From positions 7,256,001 to 7,320,000 of the forward strand of contig NC_087249.1 of assembly GCF_037042905.1 (NCBI RefSeq): DNA of 64,000 bases, read 5' to 3'. Each line of letters begins with the position of its first letter. Position 1 is the stretch's first letter. The position numbers were made by a program, and so were the translations under genes. Shown here one piece after another: positions 40,976 to 53,245 of the stretch. This DNA comes from Lytechinus pictus. Lineage: Eukaryota. The notes under the pieces were generated by a model. That model saw only the letters and a list, made by a program, of their open reading frames with translations. It ran no database searches and was not told the DNA's origin.

Positions 40976-41790
40976 TTAAAAGATTTATCCTCAACCTTCT
41001 TTTTTCATTTGCACTGGTTAATACTTCAAAAACTGGAGCAGAACATGCATAAATTTGCATACTAATAAGCAACTTTTGCTTTCCCAATACTGTCCTAAGA
41101 ATGCACCTTGAGGCTGATGTGATTTTTGTTTTCAATTATCAATTGAATTCTAGCACTGGGCAGGGGGCTCTGTGGTAAAGCACCTGCCCTATGAAAATGA
41201 AGTTGCGAGTTTGATCCCGAGCCAAGTCATAACAAATACCTGGTCATGGAACCTTCTTCTTTCTTGAATCATCTGGCGCCCAACGTCTTCGCAGGGGAAA
41301 GGGCAACAATATTGATAACATATTATGTTATGTTGGAACCATAAAAATACCATGGTCCCGTAGCAAAAACGTTACCACTATGGTAACTCTGCCATCCAAT
41401 GGTAACTACCATGGTAACGCTGATCAACAGCCAATCAAAATCAAGGATTCCATGGCTTCCATGCTAGTTACCATTGCATGAGAAAGTTACCACAATGTCA
41501 TGGTAACGGGGCCCTGGGTCCCTTTTCACAAAGACTTATTGTAATTATGAATAAACAATTTTTGTAACAAATTTAACTATCAGCCAATCAAATTGAAGGA
41601 TTTTGCTAGCTTTTAACTGTTATTGCAAAGTTGCCGCGAGGAGAACAGTTTTCAGAACTGAAGTGGCTTCCCTGGGTAAATATACCTTATAATTATTGTC
41701 ATTTCTTATCATAACAAGTTTAAGAAACAACCAGCTAATAGCTGAAGTAGCCACCCTGGGTAAAAAGATTTATCATTAATTCAAATTTAC

Positions 41791-41853
41791 CTTTTTCACT
41801 GCTACTATTCTGCCATCATGCTGAAGATCTCGAGCTTTGTAAACTGTAGCAAA
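41791..41853 (-). CDS. CDK7: CDK7 exon 2 (FATVYKARDLQHDGRIVAVKK)
   Basis: AG/GT boundaries, 63 nt; end of Gly loop and the VAVK catalytic lysine. Confidence 0.95.
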
Positions 41854-42612
41854 CTGCAATAAGAAAGATAAACAATAGTGCTTTGGCTGAAAAATGATCG
41901 TTTATACCAAACTGCCGTAGTGACAAAATCATAGGAAACGAACTTGTTTTTCAAAACGACAGGTATCTTGGGGAAAGCGAAGCTTACTTGATTTCAAAGT
42001 AAATTTTTAGTGCTAATACTTGCTATTTTGCCAAGTGCCAATTTCTGGGTGGTGCTGGTAAATCAGAGGTGCTGATATGAAAATAAAGACTGACTTAGAA
42101 AACAAGGATATCCTCACAAACCAAGACAAATCATGTCTTAGCTACATAACTATAACTATAACTATGAGGACATTTTTTTTTTCTTTAATTCCCAATATGG
42201 TACATAATACAAGTATGGCAATCACAGGAATTACACTGTAAGAGTGCTAAATTTTAAAAAAAGGAGAGATTCTGTGACCTTTCCTCATTTACCCTTCATG
42301 TTCTACTTTTTTGTGACTTGCCGTTTTCCTTCAGACTAGTTATCCTGGTATGTTTACATTGACTAGCACACTCGATTGGTGTCACTGTCGGCCAGTTGTT
42401 GGCACTTGACAAGTGAGGTGAATGAAATTTCCTAGATTTCTTGCGTGGAGAAATCCTTGTTACCAAGGATGATCCTCGTTTTAGATCCTCGTTTTAGACC
42501 CTCGTCACCTCTGTCTAACTGTAAAGTCGAAGATGGGCTATGCCTATGGAAAACGTGTCCAGTGTACACCACGTTTGTATATTGCAAACTGATGATTTTA
42601 GTTATTTTTTGT

Positions 42613-43975
42613 AGGCAGTGTATACAGCCACATGCGTGTGACGTGTCTTTACCATCCAGCCACACGCGTGTGGTTATATCCAAAATACCTATCAGTGGAT
42701 ACAGCCACACGCCGCTATTAATAAGAGTAAGAAACGTATGTAGGTCTAACCATCTACATCACGATCAAAATAACCTAATTTCTTCATTAAATTCTTACAT
42801 TCTAAACCACTTTGATTTCTTTATATCGTTTCAATTTCATTCTCACCGTCTTCTTTTCTTGCTTTTCTTGTCTTGTTTACAGTTGTTACAAACACACAAT
42901 GAAATGTTGCCTATTGACTGTGTAGCACAAACAGCCAAGCTCCGCACAGCTCACTTGCAAATATTATTTATTGTGTGCTCCAAAACCTGGAACTACATTG
43001 ACTTTGTACACATTGCGATAGATTCTGTAAACTCTGACGAACACGATGTGATTTAAATAGATTTAACATCGCAATATTTATGTATCTTTGTTCCAAATCA
43101 CTTATTCTTGATTCCATTATGTCTAAATTTTGCCTTAAGTTTTCGATTCATCAACACAATATCCGCAGTCTATTTGATTATCATTTACCACGAGTACGTA
43201 CCTCAGTTTCTCATAACTCAATTTATTTCCAAGGACCTATTCTTTGGAATAATTTACCGTATTCTATTAAAACATGCCGAACCCTCAATTCTTTCAAACG
43301 TTATTACAAGTTACATCTTTTAAGTTTGTATTCTTAAATTGCTTGTATAACTACGCTATATATTTTGAATGTATGTGTTAATATCTGTTTTCATTTATGT
43401 TATCTGTTTTTGTAATATCGATTTTGTCTTAAAGATGTTTGGTCAACGCTCAATAAGGCTATCTGCTCTTTTTTGTTGGCCCCTCATTCTCATAAATATG
43501 TTTTTGTATGTTGTGACAATGTTTTACTTATGTACCTTATGTATGTTTTTCATGTTTTTATTGAGAGTGTAAATAAATTGAATTCAATTCAATTCATAAC
43601 TTTGCTTGCGATCGTAGCTGGATGACGTCATGTATATGCTGACAGCTAGCTAGCGGCGAACGTTATGTTCATCGTCATCATCAATCATCATTTCGTTGTG
43701 AAACGGTCGTCTACTTAACAGCACATTTTCACACTTTTCTACTTGTGTCGATTCTAAAATTGAAACGATTTAAAGAAATCAAAGGGGTTTAGAATGTAAG
43801 AATTTAATGAAGTTCTAAGTGAGGTTATTTTGATCGTGATATAAATGGTTACTTAGATTTACATACATGTTTTAATAGCGGCATTTGGCTGTATCCACCG
43901 ATAGGCGTTTTGGATATAACCACACGCGTGTGGCTGGATGGTAAAGACACACGCGTGTGGCTGTATACACTGCCT
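42613..43975. mobile_element. Long-TIR (about 230 bp) element nested in an outer TIR element (about 42344-44265)
   Basis: Inner arms aggcagtgtatacagccaca...tggatacagcc and their reverse complement. Outer arms cctg.tatgtttacattgactagc...cctagatttcttg.gtggagaaatc. Confidence 0.85.
43075..43595 (+). mobile_element. 5'-truncated CR1-group LINE (ORF2 C-terminus, 3'UTR and ATTCA-type tail)
   Basis: HQHNIRS..YHLPRVRT..SIYFQGPILWNNLPYSIK..TLNSFKR is the typical CR1/L2 ORF2 end; followed by aataaattgaattcaattcaattc. Confidence 0.85.
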
Positions 43976-44933
43976 TTTATTTTATTATGTCTTTTGGTCG
44001 ATTAACGTGCTTCACCATTTAAACAAAAAAGTTTATAATAAACTGGATTAATATTCACTTTGTCTGTCTTTGAGCAAGATCTGCGTTTATGCTGCAGCAA
44101 TGTTCCCTCTAAGAAGAGGCGCTTGTCAGAAAATTGGGATCGTCCTAGTTTACAGGGACTGTCTCAGTTTTCTAAGATTTCTCCACACAAGAAATCTAGG
44201 AAAGTTTATTCTCCTGTCAAGTGCCGAAACCAATCAAGTGAGCTAGTCAATGTAAACATATCAGGTTTCATAACAAGATTATTGGAAGATGGAAAGTTGT
44301 GAAAAATAGATGGTGAACTTGAGGTCACTGAATCTATTTTAAGCACTCTCAAATTAATCCCCCCCAAAAAACTGTCCGACAATCCTAGTTACATTATTTG
44401 TCTTGGTTCATGGTTTATGAGGATATCCTTGACATTGTTTTCTGGGACATATCCCAATTTTTGGACCAGCTCTACTGCGTATGGCATACGTTCAGCGTGT
44501 TGACAAAATGGTTTTACTTTTATCGTGAAATTAGTCACCTTTCTTCTCGTGTGTGTCTGTGTGTGTGCACTGGGCTGGGAGAGAGGAAAGAAGTCACCAG
44601 CACAACGAAATGAACGGCAGTGAATGGACTGGTGACTGTTAGACCAGGATAATGCTGACAAAATGTGTTTACACCATTTACGCATGGTTCGTAAAAAATC
44701 GAGAAAACGTCCATTTTCGACAAGCCACGCACGGTGGCCCTAGAACTGCGGGATAAGCGTACCTAGGCTAGGCCAGCCCGACGGGCAGGGGGTGAATATC
44801 TGTCATGATTCGCACACATAAAAACCTGCATGTGGGACACGGCAATCTTATCGTGGCCTTCCTAAACGATTTATCTCTTTTTCACCAAAACATATGGTTT
44901 CAAGGAAAATTTCATGAATGAAAGTTCACCTAC

Positions 44934-45005
44934 CTGACCTTCACCTAAAAAGTCTATGTTCTCATACAGCTTCGAACGGTCTCCTGCTAGCATACCCCGG
45001 GCCAT
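44934..45005 (-). CDS. CDK7: CDK7 exon 1 (MARGMLAGDRSKLYENIDFLGEGQ)
   Basis: aaaATGG start context, CDK7-type YExxDFLGEGQ, GT donor. A second in-frame ATG lies at 44991-44993. Confidence 0.9.
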
Positions 45006-45871
45006 TTTAGATAAGAATCCACAGCAGTTTTCGAGAGTCAATAATCTTTATTAGTAGTAGGCCTTAGTCTGGATGATCGGTGCAAAAATTAGCAAGAATT
45101 GTTCAAATTATGGTACAAGCATGAAATTTGGCTGACAGGTAGAGTAAATAGTGCTGAACATTTTTAGCAGGGGGTGCCAACCTGATCTCTCCTCGTATAG
45201 CAACAGTTGCTAGGTAACATATTTACCGTAGCAACCACCATTTTGGGGTGTTATCTACATTTAAAAAACTATATTTTGACTTCGAACTGCCAATTTTACA
45301 ATCACATATCAAGCAACGTTCCAACCATATACAGGAACAGTTGCTAAGCAACACATTTTCCATAGCAACTATAGAAAATATTACTAAATACAACATCTGG
45401 TCATAATTTTTTTATGGAAATGGTAAAATAATTGGACAAAGTATGAAACCTTGGAGTAAACAATATCTCATTGACCTGAAAAATAAATAGCAGTCCAAAT
45501 AATATAATATCTGCATAATAATAATAGTTTTTAGGTAAAACAAACATAATTTTTATATGCATGATTTGATTATTTTGATTTTTTCTTCATATTATTTATT
45601 CATGCATGACACAGCTAACACACCGACAAAAATCATCACTGGGTCATTGAATGTGCTTACTATTTAATGATTATATAGGATCTCGCCTGTTATGAAAATG
45701 AGAAAGGGTATTGTAGTGCATGAACTTTTAGGACAAAGGGAAGCAGAAATTTGATAGGTATGAACTAATCGCTCCCAAAGGACAATGCATAATTGGGAAG
45801 CAATGGCGATTAATGCCCACACACTTAATTGTCGGTAATATTTTGTTATTTTTGACTAACTTGAAGAGCAT

Positions 45872-46200
45872 GTACAGTAGACCTGAAACGGCCTCAAGCA
45901 TTGACTGTATGTTCACTGTATAGCATGTACAGTAGACATGAAACAGCCTCAAACATCATTGACTGTATGTGTACTGTGCATAGCATGCACAGTAGACCTG
46001 AAACTGCCTCAAGCAGCATTGACTGTATGTTCACTGTATAGCATGTACAGTTGACCTGAAACAGCCTCAAGCATCATTGACTGTATGTGCACTGTACATA
46101 GCATGCACAGTAGACCTGAAACAGCCCCAAGCAGCATTGAATGTATGTTCACTGTATAGCATGGACAGTAGACCTGAAACAGCTTCAATCATCGACTGCA
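45872..46200. repeat. Minisatellite of about 6 units (55-60 bp) with an alternating 60/58-bp dimer
   Basis: Recurrent cagtagacctgaaacagcctcaagca..ttgactgtatgt..actgta..tagcat. Confidence 0.92.
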
Positions 46201-47149
46201 TATACATGTACCACTTGTGAATACGTCACGAAGCAGTACATTAAAATACAACAACACATTTTAATTGAAATGGTTATCTCTGTAATTGACACTAATCATT
46301 AACGTCGCATATCCTATCATGAAGATGAAGCGGTAATATGCAAGATATTGTATGTTGTACCAAGACATCAAAAAGTATGGCTGGAAAATGGAAAGCAATT
46401 TTAAGGTGATGGTACACAGCTTTCTAACAAGCTTCAAATGACTTCTTTCATCATTCTTGCCCATTATATTTCAGCATCTTTAAACAAAACAAAAAAACCC
46501 AATGATTCTAATCCCAAGTTTATTAGAAGCAATTGCCACTGTATGTATCTCCATCATTTTATCATAATTCTGGGCACTTGAGTCATAATTTACATGATAT
46601 TTTGCAACAGTTTCTAGATGAAGGAAAATAAATAAATTATTTTTACACTGTAAGTTTCCAATAGCTTGGGACTTTGGGTAGAATTCTAGCGAATTAATCG
46701 AACATACATTTTATGTGTCGCACATGCCTTCTCAGAGTAGGGCATATATTTAGTCAAAAAATTAAGTTAAGACTGTCTGGGTTAATCATAAGTGCGGAAA
46801 AGCAAGGCCACTGTGAAACATGCAGTATGCTCGACAAAGAATAGCAGATGCAACAGAGGAACATATCAAGAAAGTTACAGTCATCATCCTCTTCGGTCGG
46901 ACAATTACTTGTTCATCAATCAAAGTGTAAGAAACATTTCTCTTCATAAGGAAATTATATTGCGAGACAAGGTGGTAGTGCCATCAGCAGGATCATTTCC
47001 ATCTGAGTTGGACATGCCAAGAAGTATCGGAGGTATACGGAAGGAAGAAGCATATCAGAACTTCATGCTAATGTTCTGTGGCCGAGTATGGATCGCGTCG
47101 AGCCAACCTGATATCATAAGTACTTCATATACGTAGGTGATAAAGCATA

Positions 47150-48200
47150 GTCCTGCAAGATTTATCAAGTCATGATCGGTCTTGAAGCTGCAAGATCCCG
47201 GCCAAAATACCTGCAATTGGAACTAACAGGTCAAACTAACTTATGCGCATGCTTTCAAATCATGAATCCTGGAGCTGCAGGATTGATCCAGGTCAAAACA
47301 CCTGGATACAGAAAGGACAGGTCCAATCAACTGATCTGCAGGATCGAGCCATGATAGATCAATCATATAGCTGCAGAATCCAGGTCAACATGCCTAGAAA
47401 CGGAACTGACATGTCAAAATCATCTCTTGCAAGATCTTTCATGTCATGATAGATCCCAGAGCTACATTATTAATCCAGGTCAAAACACGTGGAATAGGAA
47501 CTGACAGGTCCAAATCGACATTTACAGAAGTCACAATGGATCATGTAGTTGCAGGATCGAGACCAACACCCCTGGAAACGGAACTGATGGTCTAAATCGA
47601 ATCTAACAGATCTTTCAAGTGATGCTAAGTCCTGGAGCTGCAGGATTGATCCAGGTAAAAACACCTAGAAAAATATCAGAAAGGTCCAAATCAGCTTCTG
47701 CACAAGCTTTCAACTCATGATAGAGCCCTGAGCTGCAGGATCCAGGCCACCACGCCTGAAAACAGAACTGGCTGGTCCAAATCAACTGTTGCGAAATCTT
47801 TTACGTGATGACACGTCCTGGAGCTGCAGGATTGTTCCAGGTCAAAACACCCGGAAAAAGGACGGACATGTCCAAATCATCTTCGGCAGGATCAAGTCAT
47901 TTAGCTCCAGGATCCAGGCCAGCATGCCTATATAAAAACGGATCTGACGGGTCTAAATTACCTCTAGCAAGATCTTTCACGTCATGATAGATCGTGGAGC
48001 TGCAGGATTGTTCCAGGTCAAAACACCTGGAATCGGAAGTAACAGGTACAAATCAACTTCTGCAGAAGTCATGATAGATCATGTAGCTGCAGGATCCAGG
48101 CCAACAGGCCAGTAAACGGAACTGAAGGGTCGCAATCAATTCTAACAGATCTTTCCCCCAGCTGCGCAGGATTGATCAAAACGCCTGGGCAAAATCAACT
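47150..48200. repeat. Diverged tandem array of about 90-bp subunits with higher-order structure
   Basis: Recurrent ggagctgcaggattg(a/t)tccaggtcaaaacacc...ggaactgac..gtccaaatc near 47267, 47630, 47816 and 47995, with variant subunits between. Confidence 0.85.
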
Positions 48201-48552
48201 CCTACCCATGGCGTTTGGTTTGGGAACAACATGGAGAACTAATATGATCTTCATTGCAGGCTACGGAAGGGAGTGGGTAAACCAAGGCAAAGTGTGTTGG
48301 CTTTCAAGCGAACGACTGCTGTTAGCAAGGGATAAGTGGTATCCAATCACTCATTTGAAAATTAATTTTTGACAAGATTTATGTGTTTGAAATAATTCTA
48401 AACTTATATGACTCAATCAATTCTTGGTGGTCATCTCTTCGTGGTTATCTCTTCAAGATCAGAGCTATTTAGGTTTTTAGTACCCATGACCTCCTGGGGA
48501 GTTCTTGTAACCGTTCTTATACAAGAGTGACCTCTTGCTAAATGTTGATATT

Positions 48553-49149
48553 AGGTGGTTTCAGACCGCCTCAAAGTTCGTCAGTTCCAGGTATTTTGGT
48601 AATGTGAAAGCAAACTACGCGAAATTTTCCCGAAAGAAAATACCCGCTAAATAGTAGGTACTTGGCCAAATAACGAGAACTTTCGTGGGGATTTATCTAA
48701 GGTCGCAGGTATTTTGGCAATGTGAAAGCAATTTACAGGAACTTTTAGCCCAGCGTGTCGTTGGGCGCGGGCGCCGTGGGTGGCTGCTGGGCTAGTGATT
48801 TTGAATATCGCGCCTTGCCTGCTTATCAGAACATACTGCTCATGCTCGTAACTTCATGCAGGAACTTATCCTGGGGAGCGTTTCATCAATATTTTCATCC
48901 GACAAGTTGTCAGATCTGACATCTTTCGTTGATTCTGATTGGCTGAGAGGCACTGTTCCTATGGTAACTGTTGGATAAACTAGTACTTGTCGGATAAAAT
49001 GTCCGACAAGCCCTTTCATGAAACGCCCCCCCCCCCTGAAGGGTATGTTTCGGGGCGGTGTGAATGCAGGAATATGGGTATTTTTAAGCCTTAAAAGTTA
49101 TCGTAACTTAACGGGGATTCTTGTGATCGAGGCGGTTTGAAACCACCTT
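48553..49149. mobile_element. Harbinger-like MITE nested in the 4.9-kb element, itself carrying a second MITE (about 48872-49035)
   Basis: TIR aggtggtttcagaccgcctc / gaggcggtttgaaaccacct; inner ggggagcgtttcat...atgaaacgcccccc. Confidence 0.78.
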
Positions 49150-50900
49150 TTGTTGAATTATTCCAAGGGTCGATATTTTACATATGTTTAGGTTAATCCA
49201 TAATATGGTTTCAAAATGGATAAAGATAGGTGTTAAAGGTGAAGTTCTTTTGATATGCAATAAGTATTATTATACCAATACTATGGAACCCATAGACATC
49301 GTCTTTGGAACTATGAACCATTTCATGAGGTAGTTTAATTTGTGCAAGGTTTTACTTTTTAAGCATCTATTAGTACCTCTATGATTTACACATCAATAAT
49401 CTTACCATACTGCCTTTAACCATTGGTTGCTACAGAAAACGTAATAGCAACTGGTACTTCGCATGGGCTTGTATACATTGTATTAATGCTTTAATAGAAA
49501 AGATGCGATTTAAAAAAAATTATAATCATTGATAGATACCCTATAATACTTGTTACCGTGGGAAATGTTACTTAGCAAAGGTTGCTATGGTACTCATTAG
49601 GTCTACCTATGGAAACATTCATCACATGATGAATCTATGGGCCAGATTTAATTTCTGAGCTATTCTGAGTAGATTATAATGATCTGAATTAAGATATAGA
49701 ATTTGTTGCTACGGAAGAGGGTCCCTTAGCAACCGTTGCTACGAATAAATGGATCAAAACTGTTGTGATACAAAGGAACATGCTTTAGATTAAAATTTGT
49801 ATGACATATCGCTTATGAAAATGTTACTTTAGCCCAATTAAGCTCAGTTACTAAGGTAAATATGTTACCTAGCAACCGTTGCTATGTTCGGTGAACTCAC
49901 GTCGGCACCCCCTGCTAAAAATGTTTAGAATAACTTACTCTACCTTTGTGCCGATTTTCATGCTTGTACCATTTTCTGAACATTTTTTTCACCAATCACC
50001 TAGACTATATCTGCCGCACGCCTCACTCGGGCTATCTATCGCTGGCCCTGGGCGCTGCGCCAGAGAAACGGCCGGGCTCGCTAGCTCTGTACGCGGTGAG
50101 AGGCGCCACTGGCCAATTCCCATGATTATCGAATAAACTCTCCAACTTTAATTCATCATCATCAGCATCATCATCATCACCGGGCATCATTATCATCATC
50201 ATCATCGTCATCATCGCATCATAATCATCATCATCCGATCGTCATCATCGCATCATCATCATCTGATCATCACCAGTTCACCACCACCACCGCCATATCA
50301 TCGTCATCGTCATCATCATCATCATCATTCACCATCCTTATCATCGTTTATCATCAGTGGCGGATCCAGGGTACGCCTCTTAGGGAAGATGAGCTGGCCA
50401 CAAATGGGGCCCGCATTATTTTCATTGGGGAGGCGGGGTTAATTGCCGTGTCGCTGTCGTCATCTTCGTCGTCATCGTGGTCACTATGATCATGATTTCT
50501 TCAATCAGAGTATTTCATACATGTCACTTACGTCCATATAGTCTGAGATATGATGCGCATGAAATTAAAACAATTGGCGATTGAGATATTAAACACACAC
50601 AAGCAATCACGCATCCCCAAACCCACATTCAAATTCCTGTTCCACTTTTTAAAATTATTGTTGAATATACATCTAAGAATACTTTCTTTTTTTTCTTAGC
50701 AATTTATTTCTAAATTATCAATATTACAATTCTAGATATTCTCTTTTTGTTACAAACTATGAAACAAAATTTTAGACAGAAAACCTTACTATTTCAAGAT
50801 GACCATATTCCCAAAATACTCTGTATTTTTATCATCGAGTTGAATATAGCCATATCATTATATTAGAAAAAAGAAACCGAAATTGAACAATATATACAAT

Positions 50901-53245
50901 GGGTGATTCTATACTTGTCGTACGGGACATTTAGAGTACGTACATTTGACAGTTTTTTGACAAGAAAAAAAAAATATTCCAGTAAGTAAAGGTGATCAAC
51001 AAGTACTACCAGAGTGTTAGGAAAACCAAGACTTAACATGACTTGAATTCACATCCTGTATAATAAACATTCATGAATAAATAAAGCAAATTACAATTTT
51101 CGAGAACATTGTGGCGTACGGGACACTCGATCAAAATGTGTCATACGGGTCATTTCTAAATTGAAGCCAAACTTTCTTAATCTATGTCTCTTTGACTTCT
51201 TCAATCACTTCATTTTACTGATGATAATGATAATCCTATCAAACTAAAGACATTCATTATGTTAGAAACCGCTATTGGCTGAATATTTCTGTCAATATAT
51301 CATAAACAAAATAATGTGTCATACGGGATACTTGCGTGTCGTACGGGACATTGTGTGAAAAGCTTTGCATTAGTTCAGTAATTATATTTGCATCCGTATG
51401 ATTTCTTTTGTTCTCTTTTTCTTTCCTGTAATACATATATGTACGCATATCAGAATAAGTCTACTATACTTTTTTCATTTCCAAGGGGATCCACACTTTA
51501 CAAGCTTTGCTTTTTAGTGGATCCCCCTCATTTCCATTTATGCTCTATATTACACTGTTTTTTCTGTTTTTTTTTTTACGAAGTAAGAATGCCCTTCTGT
51601 AAAATTGTACTTGATTTGTATTACTTTATATTACTTTGTATTATGTTTTTTGAATGGAAATGAAATAAAAAGAATTGAAAGAATTGACATTAATTTTGTG
51701 TGTTGTACGGGACACTAATTGTGCGTTGAACAGGCACTTGCGTGTTGTACTGGACAGCCTGAATAAAACAATGAACTTTTTATCAATCAGAAGGGGAGCA
51801 TTGCCCCTAAATTCTTCCTTTTTAATGAAAAGCCTTTTAATAAGTAGTCATTCAGGACAATATAATTAAGTAACCTCAATGTATATACAATCGGGAGCAA
51901 TTGTTTTTTTTCATGATGGGAAATGTTCAATTGTTCACAGCATTTTAACGAGCTGAAAAACTTGAGGTTTTGTGTGAAGTTATATTTTAGTGAATTAATT
52001 GATGATTTCCAATACACTATTTAAACAACGAATGAACGAAACTGTTTGTGTACATTATGGGGCTAAAATGTTATGATTTTTCATATAAAATGTATACATG
52101 ATATATGTCACAACTGTCACTTGTAATTCCACAACATATTTGTTTTTTCTCAAGAAATATAATGCGATTCTACTTTTTCAAACCTTTCTGCATTAATGAA
52201 ACCATATATGATTTGTATTATTTTCCAGATTTTTTTTGGAACATGGTTTGTCTTATTTTCCAGATTTTTTTTACAGCTTGAAAAAAGTAAGAAGTTTCAA
52301 TACTATACATAAAAAAATTAGTGATCATCAAGAGAAGTCCAAATAGATGATTGATATGTAAATATTTTTTTTTACATCTTATAATAATTTCACATTAGCA
52401 TGCAAGAGGAAGTCATCTTCCAGGCTAGGGTGAATCAATTCTAAAGGTTTTCTTTTGATGCTCAATGATAAAGAAATAAACCTGCTCTGACCAGTGAAAA
52501 TCACCAGTTTAGCTGAAGGGATTCACAAAAGAAAAAACCTACATAAAGTCAATTAAAATGGTTAGAATCACTTATATTTCATGTTCTATGGAGATAAAAA
52601 AGCACTTTTTCAGTTCACTTTATGTCAAATCAATTACTTAAATTAAAATAGGCCTACTATTTATAGTTTCTGAATCCAAATCCTGCAATTAAATGCAGTA
52701 TATATTGTGTGTCGTACGGGACAACTTTTAATAGGACAATTTAAAAAAATGAAAGGCAGTAACTAGATCCTTATGGGATAAATCGATCACCCATGGATCA
52801 AAGATAGAGAAACTGATTTTGTGAAATTGCATCATCAAAAATATAATTGTAGGAAAAACTTTTGCATTTTTATGTGTCGTACGGGACATTGTCAAAAATA
52901 GGTTCGGATAAATCAGGGCTGCCCTATTATGGATCATGAAAATGTTGTAGATATTATTTGGAACCATTCAATGATACATTATTCCATTGATCGGCAATAT
53001 TTTCAATCTTCTCGTGCTTTGCCAATAATCGTTTCAGGCAGTGTTTGTACTTGACTATTTAATTAGCAAAATTATTGAAAATTCCATTGTTTTCCCCCAA
53101 AAAACTATATCTGACTTCACTTTTGGTTAAAACCCACAATTTTCATAAAATTTAGGTATCATAGTAAAATATTACACTACTTATGACTTATTGAAAGCAT
53201 GTTGAAATTTATGATATTTTTGAAGTTCTAGTGTGGAATCGCCCC
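50901..53245. mobile_element. 2.3-kb Harbinger-like non-autonomous element with repeated TGTCGTACGGGACA motifs
   Basis: Termini gggtgattc / gaatcgcccc with AAT on both sides; nine motif copies inside. Confidence 0.65.

Larger units (their letters stand above)
45065..50007. mobile_element. 4.9-kb non-autonomous DNA transposon with about 170-bp imperfect TIRs (tagtct...agacta); possibly Academ-like
   Basis: 45065-45240 is the reverse complement of about 49840-50007 (shared tggtacaagcatgaaa, aacatttttagcagggggtgcc, gttgctaggtaacatatttacc). No intact transposase ORF. Superfamily is inferred from the termini only. Confidence 0.85.

Noticed and set aside
42445..43056. 203-aa ORF, the longest in the track
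   Set aside because: It crosses the junction of two nested TIR elements, starts at GTG and has no recognisable motif.
50917..52890. Repeat-and-spacer pattern suggestive of a CRISPR array
   Set aside because: The motif is 14 bp with highly irregular spacing (20 to about 1000 bp), lies inside a eukaryotic TIR element, and there are no cas-like ORFs.
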